From: Acidobacteriota bacterium
GTDB lineage: Bacteria; Actinomycetota; Acidimicrobiia; Spongiisociales; UBA5794
Direction of reading: 5' to 3'
Assembly: GCA_022562055.1 (NCBI GenBank)
Contig: JADFQA010000011.1
Coordinates: 11,273 to 75,272 of the forward strand
Length of the DNA: 64,000 bases
Shown: in pieces, positions 9,032 to 17,027 of the stretch
Position numbering within the stretch: the first letter of the stretch is position 1
Layout: the number at the start of each line of letters is the position of its first letter
The notes under the pieces: generated by a model
The model's database searches: none
What the model saw: the letters and a program-made list of their open reading frames with translations, nothing else
What the model was told of the DNA's origin: nothing
Program-made: the position numbers and the translations under genes

Positions 9032-9834
9032 CCACGGTAGCCAGGCGCAAAACCGGCGTCACGTAAGGCGGGGCCGATCGACGATTCGGCTGGTGTGAGT
9101 CCGTTGACCTTGCCGACGGCGTGGCTGCGTCCCTGTACCCACTTGACCAATGCTGAAACTACCTGTCGCGGATCAGCGTCCGGTACAACCATCATGTTTT
9201 TTACACCCCGGGTCCAATACGCGGCAATTTCACCCTCAATGAGTACGACTGCGTGTCCGTGTCGTCGTTGGGCCTGATGTCGCCGAGGTCGGACCATGGC
9301 AGTGTCGAGCCGTATGGTTGCGACGGATCTGTGGCGCCAATCACGAACGGTCCCGCGTCAGCGGCACGACGCAACACGTCCACCGCTGTGGGTCGTGCAA
9401 ACTGCGCCCCGCCGAGGCCCTCGACGAAGTAGCCGCGGCGTATCAGGCCAGCCGACTCCAGAGCTGCGAGTACCGGGTAGATAGCGGAGAATCCGCCACG
9501 AACCCCTTCGGCACGGACGCCATCTCTGGTGACAATTCCATGGCGGTCAAGGAGGGTGTTCACGAGTGCAGTAGCGCGTTGCTCCTGCGTGGGGGGTGTG
9601 TCGGGGCGGACGAGTCGTTGGACGAGGGACCAACGTCAGCTTGTCTATCGCTGAAAGAAAAGCGGCCAACGTCTTGCCCGACCCCGTTGGTGCGTGGATC
9701 AACGTGTGTTCGCCGCGTTGAATCGCCTCCCAACCTTTGGTTTGTGCGGGAGTCGCGGACGGAAAGCTCTGCTTGAACCAGCCACCGGTCGCTGACGAAA
9801 ACTGCGTCAAGATGGTCACATTCGTAGGGTACAC
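8998..9834 (-). pseudogene. lhr: Lhr-family ATP-dependent helicase, degraded remnant (N-terminal motif I fragment + C-terminal fragments in three frames)
   Basis: ORF 9547..9834: ...WFKQSFPSATPAQTKGWEAIQRGEHTLIHAPTGSGKTLAAFLSAIDKL (Lhr N-terminus with Walker A) then frame lost; ORFs 9201..9563 (...LIRRGYFVEGLGGAQFARPTAVDVLR) and 8998..9297 (...VVLIEGEIAAYWTRG...) resemble Lhr C-terminal region; total 0.84 kb versus ~4.5 kb for intact lhr. Confidence 0.6.
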
Positions 9835-9866
9835 GTCCGGTGTGACGGATCCTTACTCGCCGTCAT

Positions 9867-9947
9867 AACTACAAAATCGTCTTACGCGCGACATCGCGCG
9901 TAAGAAAACCTATCGGTGGCGCGAACTACAAAATCGTCTTACGCGCG
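9867..9947. repeat. two identical 24-bp direct repeats (aactacaaaatcgtcttacgcgcg at 9867 and 9924) plus perfect 10-bp-stem palindrome cttacgcgcg-acat-cgcgcgtaag (9881..9904)
   Basis: read directly; lies in divergent region between lhr remnant and gene at 10078. Confidence 0.7.
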
Positions 9948-10077
9948 TTGGCGGTCTAAGACGACCCTCGGACTCACGTGTACGCGGAATCGAGGACCCG
10001 CGGCGTGGGTTCAAGGTAGGGCCGCCATCGTGATCCGGTAGGCTGCCGTCGCGCTCACATCCCCCGCGCGCTCGAAA

Positions 10078-10728
10078 TTGCTGTCAAAACGGTCGGAGGA
10101 CCATGTGGATATTGCTGTCAACCTTGTCGAAACCTATCTCCGACTCACCGGGTATTTCACGTTGAGCGAGTTCGAGGTACAGCGGCGTGAGGACAACGGA
10201 ACCTACACCACGATCACGGACATCGACATCATGGCAATCAGGACGCCGGGCACGATTTTTGTAGGCGATCCTCACGGGAACATGCCGAACGCAATTGTGC
10301 TGCAAGACCCGGTGCTCGGACTAGAGGATGATGTCGTCGATGTCATCATTGGAGAGGTAAAACAAGGTGAGGCGGTATTGAATCCGGGGATCAAGGACCA
10401 CGGTGTGCTGCATTCGATGTTGCGAAGAGTCGAATGGTTATATGACACGCCGATTCAGGACGTAGTTCAAGGGCTCCAACGCGACATGACATGTCGGACG
10501 CCGGCGCGCGGAGGAGGCGAGATTCGCACCCGTATTGTCGCATTTGGGAGGGCCGACCGATCAACCGAAAACACGATCTCGATAAGCCAAATGATTGATA
10601 CGATCATCGGGTTCTTTGAAGAGTATGAGGCAGCGTTTCGTCCGCTCCAATTCAAGGATCCGGCACCGGCGTTTCTCAAACTGCTCCACAAGACCGGCTA
10701 CAGCCTTTCCCGAGAGTCCGAGTCCTAG
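10078..10728 (+). CDS. PD-(D/E)xK nuclease-fold protein, function unknown
   Basis: 216 aa; E (VETYLRLTGY) ... D (TDIDIMAIR) ... E-x-K (IIGEVKQGE) in canonical order/spacing of restriction-endonuclease-like fold; locally lower GC. Confidence 0.5.
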   Translation: MLSKRSEDHVDIAVNLVETYLRLTGYFTLSEFEVQRREDNGTYTTITDIDIMAIRTPGTIFVGDPHGNMPNAIVLQDPVLGLEDDVVDVIIGEVKQGEAVLNPGIKDHGVLHSMLRRVEWLYDTPIQDVVQGLQRDMTCRTPARGGGEIRTRIVAFGRADRSTENTISISQMIDTIIGFFEEYEAAFRPLQFKDPAPAFLKLLHKTGYSLSRESES

Positions 10729-10742
10729 CGTCCCGCCATGAT

Positions 10743-11507
10743 CTAGTAGGTGCGGATGATGTGGAGGGTCTGCGCGGCCACGTCGTCGCTGGTGCGGAGT
10801 TTGCCTTCGCTGGGCTCCATACGGTGCACCGCAATCCGGCAGAAATCCCCGGCGAGCCCCTTGATGACGTGCGGCGAATCCTTGGGTCCGAAGGTCCACA
10901 GCGCATACTTGGGTCCCATGATCTCGACGCGTATCCCGGCTTGCGGGAACTCCACTCCGGCTTGTTCGTACGCCCACGGCAACATGCGGTGTGCTAGCCA
11001 GGCCACGTGCCGGATGCGTGGAGTGTCGGCCCTCGGGTCTTCCTCGTCCTCTTCGACGAAGATCTTGTCGTCCATCGTGAACTTGATGTCGAGACCATGC
11101 GCCCAGGTCTCAGCAAGCCGCAAAGTCGCGAATGTTTTAGCGTTGACCGCTGCCACCAGCCACGGAATGCGGACGCTCGCATCCATGCGCGAAAGCGGTC
11201 CGACGACGCCAGCGCGACCGTTTCGCCACCATTCGATGATCTCCTGGTACCGCCGGTTCCTACCTCTTTCGACTCCCTCCTGGGTCCATTCGTCATACGG
11301 TACCTGGAGGATTTTGTCGACGACCGCTTTACCGCTTTCGATTACCTGTGCTGCGAACTCCTCGGTGGCAGCCAAGTGGCTGACGGTATCGAGGATCGTC
11401 CATCCTTCACAGGGGGTCTGCCGTTTCCAGTCGCGCTCTTTCACGCCCTGGAGAAATTGGTCGAGCGCTTGCTGTTCGGCGACTAGATCTGAAAGTATTT
11501 CCCGCAT
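10743..11507 (-). CDS. DinB/mycothiol-dependent maleylpyruvate isomerase N-terminal-domain family protein (TIGR03083/03084-like)
   Basis: 254 aa; WTILDTVSHLAATEEF motif typical of this actinobacterial family. Confidence 0.55.
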   Translation of the reverse strand: MREILSDLVAEQQALDQFLQGVKERDWKRQTPCEGWTILDTVSHLAATEEFAAQVIESGKAVVDKILQVPYDEWTQEGVERGRNRRYQEIIEWWRNGRAGVVGPLSRMDASVRIPWLVAAVNAKTFATLRLAETWAHGLDIKFTMDDKIFVEEDEEDPRADTPRIRHVAWLAHRMLPWAYEQAGVEFPQAGIRVEIMGPKYALWTFGPKDSPHVIKGLAGDFCRIAVHRMEPSEGKLRTSDDVAAQTLHIIRTY

Positions 11508-11603
11508 GATTGAGCCAGTCTAGTGGTCCGGTTTGGGACCAGGAGCCTCATCGGGCCCGTAGACCGTCGATCCGCGTGCCTCTCCAGAGATTTGGAGAAC
11601 ATG

Positions 11604-12644
11604 TCATACCGAATCGTTGAGGAGGTCGATAAGTTGGCGGAGTTTGCCATGGCTGCGCCGGTCGAAATGAAGTCTCAACCGAAACAGGTCGACGTTGTCG
11701 TCGTCAGCGAGTTCGTGTTCAGTTGCCTCAATCTGTTCGATCCGGCCGCCGATGAGGATATCCGCAAAGTCGCTGTTTAGGGTCTCGAGGAGTTCGGTGC
11801 TCGGCTCGTGTTTGATCCTCAGTACAAGCTTCGCCTTCACATACCGCTGCGAATGGTAGTTCGCGTAGAAGTGCAGGATCTCCTCACAAGCCTCTTCGCA
11901 ATCGTTCGTGACCTTGAACAAGCTGAAGTCGTCCGGAGAGATCATGCCCTGGTCTCTAAGGTTCTCGACGAGTCTCACCCACGGTCCCCAGTAGTTGGTT
12001 CCCTCAGCTTCGATGAGGACGATGGGGTGGAGATCAGACTTGCCGGTCTGGATGAGTGTGAGCAACTCAAACGTTTCATCCTGGGTTCCAAACCCTCCGG
12101 GAAATACGACAAACGCGTCCGATTCTTTGACAAACATCAGCTTGCGGGTGAAGAAGTATTTGAAGTTGATGAGACGCGATTCGTGGATGTACTTGTTGGC
12201 GTCCGACTCGAATGGCAGTCTGATGTTGACGCCGAAGGTGTACTCGCGGCCAGCGCCCTTGTTGCCGGCCTCCATAATTCCCGGGCCTGCTCCGGTGATG
12301 ATCATCCAACGATGGTCGTCTGCCATTCGTGACGCAAAGTCTGCAGCGAGTTGGTAGTTTGGAGATCCCGGTGGTGTTCGTGCAGATCCATAGATCGTCA
12401 CTTTGGGTATGTCGCGGTACTGGGAAAAGATGACGAACGAGTACCGCATTTCTTTGATGGCTGTGTTTACGAGCTTGAGATCGCCTCGGTCGGTGTCGTC
12501 ACGCAGCAGCTTGAGGCCGCTCACCATCATTTCAGAAATGAGATCTACGTCATGCTCGTGTCCATCGTGGCCATCAAGAGCGGAGTTTATGAGTTCTGCG
12601 AGCTGTGCGTTGAGCGCCGGATCGCCTAGTGAGTATCGGCCCAT
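11604..12644 (-). CDS. LOG-family / TIGR00730 Rossmann-fold nucleotide-binding protein (PpnN-like long form)
   Basis: 346 aa; GAGPGIMEAGNKGA and PGGFGTQDETFE motifs diagnostic of LOG/YgdH family. Confidence 0.75.
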   Translation of the reverse strand: MGRYSLGDPALNAQLAELINSALDGHDGHEHDVDLISEMMVSGLKLLRDDTDRGDLKLVNTAIKEMRYSFVIFSQYRDIPKVTIYGSARTPPGSPNYQLAADFASRMADDHRWMIITGAGPGIMEAGNKGAGREYTFGVNIRLPFESDANKYIHESRLINFKYFFTRKLMFVKESDAFVVFPGGFGTQDETFELLTLIQTGKSDLHPIVLIEAEGTNYWGPWVRLVENLRDQGMISPDDFSLFKVTNDCEEACEEILHFYANYHSQRYVKAKLVLRIKHEPSTELLETLNSDFADILIGGRIEQIEATEHELADDDNVDLFRLRLHFDRRSHGKLRQLIDLLNDSV

Positions 12645-12730
12645 GTGTTCAACCTACAGTACATCGCCTGCGTACCGGACTATTTCGACTCAGACAGTGT
12701 CGTGTGTCGACGTCGAGACACCGTGGAGGG

Positions 12731-13216
12731 CTAGTCCCGAAAGTTCACGTATTGCAGCGGGAGCCGAAAGTTGAGGTCCTTAAGGAGCGCGATGACGTTC
12801 TGGAGGTCGTCACGTTTCTTGCCCTGGACGCGAAGCTGATCGCCCTGCACCTGGACCTGCACCTTCAGCTTGGAGTCGCGGATCGCCTTCCCGAGCTCTT
12901 TTGCGGCTTCCTGCGGAATGCCGTCATTGAGCGTGAACGCCGTGCGTACACGGCCCCCGGAAGCCGCCTCGACGTTCCCCTGTGTAATAGCTTTGGTCGA
13001 TATGCCGCGCTTGATGAGGCGCCCCTTCAACACGTCGATCGCGGCTTCCAGGCGCCCATCGGCGCTCGATTCGATCGTGATCGACTCGTCCGTGAGGTCG
13101 ATGGCAGTGTCGGTGCCCTTGAAGTCGTAGCGATTGGTGATTTCACGCATTGCTTGGTCAACCGCGTTGCGGAGTTCTTGTTTGTCGGTCTTTGAGACCA
13201 CGTCGAAAGCTGGCAT
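12731..13216 (-). CDS. yajQ: YajQ-family nucleotide/c-di-GMP-binding protein (UPF0234)
   Basis: Start at internal ATG (MPAFDVVSKTDKQELRNAVDQA...), typical YajQ N-terminus and ~160 aa length. Confidence 0.8.
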   Translation of the reverse strand: MPAFDVVSKTDKQELRNAVDQAMREITNRYDFKGTDTAIDLTDESITIESSADGRLEAAIDVLKGRLIKRGISTKAITQGNVEAASGGRVRTAFTLNDGIPQEAAKELGKAIRDSKLKVQVQVQGDQLRVQGKKRDDLQNVIALLKDLNFRLPLQYVNFRD

Positions 13217-13258
13217 AGGAATCAGCCTATCACCGACATCGCCCGCCATCTCGGACAT

Positions 13259-14248
13259 TCAAGAGAACGCTGGACCTTTGGGCCCGACACGGACGATTGC
13301 CGCCCACACGGTGTCGTAGTGATCTCGGTCAAACGGGTCGATGTGGGGAAGAATGAAGTCTTCCCACGCAGCACGCAGAGGGTCAGCCCGATGGTTGTGC
13401 ATGTGCAGGCCGGCGGGAAAGCGGTCAAGTACGCTGCGCAGCGACATCGGCGTTTCGACGCGGGTACGGGCGTCCGTTGAGGTGAATGATGTGTTTACTT
13501 CCACTGCGAGGCGGGCGATCAATGAGATGAACTCGCTGCCGAGGTTTGCGTGGCGTCGCTTCATCATCTTCGTCAACTCATCCTCTTTAGGGAAGTCCTT
13601 TTCCCATACGATCCACCGGTCGGCGAACGCCTTGTTTAGTGTCTGAGTGCCCGCGTAGTCGCGCAAATCGGTCGGATTTAGGGTTCCAAACACTCGAACA
13701 TCGGCGCGTAGCTTCACCATCTCGCCTGTGGGTAGCTCCAGCGCCTGGTGCCGATCCAAAAGACCGTGCAAGGCGAACAGCGTCTCAGCCCCTGCGGCGT
13801 TCAGCTCGGACAGGTTGATTAGCGCTGGGCCACGGAGCGCTCGGGTGATGTCTCCATCCTCCCATCGACTTTCGGTGCCACCTTTGCCGTCGCCGTACAG
13901 CTTCACGGACCCTATCAACGTAATGTCGCGCACCTCACCGGTGAGCGGAATGCGATAGTGCGGCATCCGAAGAATCGCCGCAAACTGCTCCAAGTCGTGG
14001 TCCTTGCCCGTCCCCATGTGGCCTCGTAGGGCAAGGTGGAGGGGTGTGTCCGCAAACGGTCCGCGCCGCACCGCCTCGAGCGCCGCGAGTTTGTACAACA
14101 TGCCGAGGTCCACATAGAACGGGTCGGGGGTTGGGATGTGCCCCATGCGACGCTCGTAGTCGGGCAACGATGGGTCGACCACCACGGTTTCGAGTTCGAT
14201 ATCGGGCTCAGCGCCGGTCGGGTGTTTAAACGTGACGACGTCCGTCAT
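13259..14248 (-). CDS. AAA_5 (MoxR/CobS/NorQ-like) ATPase with degenerate Walker A and B motifs
   Basis: 329 aa from ATG 14248 (ATGA overlap with upstream gene); Walker A GHMGTGKD (Asp where Ser/Thr expected), Walker B position ALINLSELNAA (Ser for Asp of DEIN), NPTD...ADRW C-terminal AAA_5 blocks. Confidence 0.65.
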   Translation of the reverse strand: MTDVVTFKHPTGAEPDIELETVVVDPSLPDYERRMGHIPTPDPFYVDLGMLYKLAALEAVRRGPFADTPLHLALRGHMGTGKDHDLEQFAAILRMPHYRIPLTGEVRDITLIGSVKLYGDGKGGTESRWEDGDITRALRGPALINLSELNAAGAETLFALHGLLDRHQALELPTGEMVKLRADVRVFGTLNPTDLRDYAGTQTLNKAFADRWIVWEKDFPKEDELTKMMKRRHANLGSEFISLIARLAVEVNTSFTSTDARTRVETPMSLRSVLDRFPAGLHMHNHRADPLRAAWEDFILPHIDPFDRDHYDTVWAAIVRVGPKGPAFS

Positions 14249-16494
14249 GCCGTGTTCCTCTTGTTCGAGGCGTAGTTGATTACTGGTGTGATTGACCACT
14301 TTCGAGATACCCCGAGGTGGTTCAGTGTTGTGTGAAGGGTGGAGCGGACGCCGTTGATTATTGCGGCAGTGAGCTCAGTCGGTTTTTCTACGACTTCATG
14401 ACGCCCATAGGCCGCCTCGACGGTGTTGTCGCCGATCCCTATCCCGAGCACCGTCGTTCCGTTGTGCTCCGTCATCGCTACCGTCTCCGCAAGCGCCTGG
14501 ACCGAGCCGCGAGTCATGCCGTCGGCGAGGACGACCAGAATCCGAGTTGACGTTCGGCGTCCTGCGAGTCGCTGTGCGGCAAACGCCACGTTGAACTCGT
14601 CAACGTTTGCTGCTTTGTCGAACATAGAGATCGGAGGTGCTGCTGCTCTGTCGAGGCGCGCCTGCTGCGCAGCTGCCGAGGGGGCAGAAGCCATCCAGAA
14701 CAATCCCGCAACCGTGTCCTTCGCAGTTCTCCATCGTTGATCGAACGACTTGAGCAGATAGTGGTTCACAGTGCGGGTGAGACGATCGGCGTTGCTGCCG
14801 TAACTCCGTTTGAGTCCACCGGTCGCGGCGTGCCGCCGGTCTGAGAATGTCGCTTCAGAGTCATCAGGCATTGCAGCAAACGCTCGGTTGAATATTGCGA
14901 CCTCGAACTCGATCTGGAGTTCGTCGCAGAGTTCCGCAAGCGACCATGCTCCCAACGTGGCCGCAGCAAGGGCCCACGGTGCTTGTGCCAGCGGCGAGTT
15001 TCGACTTGGCTGGAGCATGCTGGCCGAGCCGTCAATGAGCAGGCTGACGGCGTATGAGCGTCTTGTTGGACGGTCTCGTCTCTCGAACATCCGTTGGTAC
15101 AGCCCCGCACCCAACAACAAAGCCGCGTACGGTGAGAGGTCTCCCGCGTCGTACCCGGAGCGCAGACCACGGCGTTGGTTGGCAAGGAACAGCGGATACA
15201 GCTCACCCGACATCCGCCGCTGGGCGACACCCCACTGTTGCGCGGCTTGCGCAAGCTTGATGTGACCTTCGGCTGCAAATGCTGTGAATCGGTGTGGAAA
15301 CTCCGTCATAACTAGCTTGCCACTTTGGCCGGTTGGGAGATAAACCGACGGGGCCTCGGAGACACGTACGAGCTGGTCGCTTGCCGGGTCGCCGGCCTGA
15401 TCTGACGCGCCCTTGCGGCCGTCTTTGGCACTCACCGTCTGCGCTTGGCGTGTCTCCTCATACGACTCCATTGAGGCGAGCGGCGGCGTCACGATTCTGA
15501 CGGCATCTACGGTGTCAGAGATCGCGTTGACGTCGACCTCCTCTTTGAGCTTTCGGGTCGTGATCGAATCGCTGCGGCCATCTTCCTGCACAAGCCGATG
15601 GAGTTTCGCGACCTGGAGGATCTGGAGCGCAATCCCACCAACTGCCCATGGGTCCTGTGCGCCACGAACCTCGTCCAGAAAGGGCTGCGCGTCATCGAGA
15701 GCTGCCGCGACATGGGGAGCAGCCCGGCGGGCAACCTCGTCCCTGGTTAGGTAACCACCGACTATGAGGAAACATCCGAGGGCGTATTGGCCAAGTGGGC
15801 GGGCGTTTGCCAGCGCTTCTGGGGCAGCAGATCGGTAAAGGTCTCGTAACACGGATCGTGCGCCTTCGAAGGCGTCGAAGAATTGGAACTCCTGCCGAGC
15901 ATCTTCGAGCGAGAGGAACAACGCTTCGCCAACCATGCCGGCCGCCTCATGCAGTGCGTCGACGAGCGAGACCTCCACGACTTTCTGAGTGAGTGACACA
16001 TCACCTGGTGTGGGCGCGATGTCGGTGTCGAGGACGTCGGCGACTAAAGCGCCGATCTCGACGTCTTCGTCTTCGAAATCGAAAAGCGCAATGTTAAGCT
16101 GGAGTTCTTCTTCGTCCTCGTCATAGAGATGTTCGGCCACGGTCGGGCTGTCGGGCGTGATCCACGATTCCGGGATCGGGCGTTTCTCCTCGAAGTTGGT
16201 GGCGATCAGATGAACGACTTCATGTAGGGCCGAGGTGAGAGCAACCTCTGTCGGGGTCACCGGCGCGTGGCGGGCGTAGGCGGCTTGGAACACGGCCGGG
16301 TCTAGAACGATCTCGTCGGGACCGCCCGAAGATAGGGAGCCGAGGCGAACTTGGAGGTCCGGGTTGCCTGACAACGAGCGCGCAAAACGCGTGACGGCCG
16401 GTGCCACACGCTGGTAGCGGGCCACAACAGCTTCGATAGCCCGTTCTTCGATTGGCAGGATTTCGGCAAGTACCGACGTTGTCCGATCGCGCAT
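14245..16494 (-). CDS. VWA-domain protein (CobT/NorD/CbbO-like C-terminal VWA) with N-terminal HExxH-containing region
   Basis: 749 aa from ATG 16494; MIDAS LLIDGSASM ... VVLADG ... IGIGDN; N-terminal LHEVVHLIATNFE (HExxH). Confidence 0.65.
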   Translation of the reverse strand: MRDRTTSVLAEILPIEERAIEAVVARYQRVAPAVTRFARSLSGNPDLQVRLGSLSSGGPDEIVLDPAVFQAAYARHAPVTPTEVALTSALHEVVHLIATNFEEKRPIPESWITPDSPTVAEHLYDEDEEELQLNIALFDFEDEDVEIGALVADVLDTDIAPTPGDVSLTQKVVEVSLVDALHEAAGMVGEALFLSLEDARQEFQFFDAFEGARSVLRDLYRSAAPEALANARPLGQYALGCFLIVGGYLTRDEVARRAAPHVAAALDDAQPFLDEVRGAQDPWAVGGIALQILQVAKLHRLVQEDGRSDSITTRKLKEEVDVNAISDTVDAVRIVTPPLASMESYEETRQAQTVSAKDGRKGASDQAGDPASDQLVRVSEAPSVYLPTGQSGKLVMTEFPHRFTAFAAEGHIKLAQAAQQWGVAQRRMSGELYPLFLANQRRGLRSGYDAGDLSPYAALLLGAGLYQRMFERRDRPTRRSYAVSLLIDGSASMLQPSRNSPLAQAPWALAAATLGAWSLAELCDELQIEFEVAIFNRAFAAMPDDSEATFSDRRHAATGGLKRSYGSNADRLTRTVNHYLLKSFDQRWRTAKDTVAGLFWMASAPSAAAQQARLDRAAAPPISMFDKAANVDEFNVAFAAQRLAGRRTSTRILVVLADGMTRGSVQALAETVAMTEHNGTTVLGIGIGDNTVEAAYGRHEVVEKPTELTAAIINGVRSTLHTTLNHLGVSRKWSITPVINYASNKRNTA

Positions 16495-16558
16495 AAGAAT
16501 GCATTGTCTCACATGCGTCAAATCTTCCGATTCCGGCGTTGAGGCCTACGATTGGCTC

Positions 16559-16990
16559 ATGGAGCCCTTGGTGATCGATGCCAAACACGAAATCCCGGGC
16601 GCTGAGTTGATTGAGAGTTTCTCGACGTCAGGCGGGCCCGGTGGGCAGCACGCAAACCGCTCATCGACACGGGTGACCCTCACATTCGACCTTGGCGAAT
16701 CGGAAGTGTTTGACGATCTACTAAAGGGACGATTGCGGCGCAACCTTGGTCATCGTCTAACGAAGGGGGTGCTCGTTGTCGCGGTCGACGACAGCAGATC
16801 CCAGTGGCGTAACCGACAGCTTGCTCGAAGCCGGATGCGAGTTCTCTTGGTTGCTGCACTGCGCACGCAGAAGGTTCGGCGACCCACGCGCCCCACCCGA
16901 GCCGCACAACGCCAACGCGTCGACGAAAAAAAGGCGCGTGGTGAGACGAAACGTCTGCGGTCCAGGCCTCGGCACGACGACCCGCAGTAG
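16559..16990 (+). CDS. arfB: alternative ribosome-rescue factor ArfB (peptidyl-tRNA hydrolase, GGQ family)
   Basis: MEPLVIDAKHEIPGAELIESFSTSGGPGGQHANRSSTRVTL + basic C-terminal tail. Confidence 0.85.
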   Translation: MEPLVIDAKHEIPGAELIESFSTSGGPGGQHANRSSTRVTLTFDLGESEVFDDLLKGRLRRNLGHRLTKGVLVVAVDDSRSQWRNRQLARSRMRVLLVAALRTQKVRRPTRPTRAAQRQRVDEKKARGETKRLRSRPRHDDPQ

Positions 16991-17027
16991 AGGTTTTTCA
17001 GACTCCGGGCGCTCCTATCATGGCCGG

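Noticed and set aside
9867-9947. Possible CRISPR array (identical 24-bp repeats)
   Set aside because: Only two copies with one 33-bp spacer and no cas genes. More consistent with an operator pair or deletion scar.
10750-11523. 257-aa plus-strand ORF
   Set aside because: Antisense of the DinB/TIGR03083-like gene. Ser/Arg-rich.
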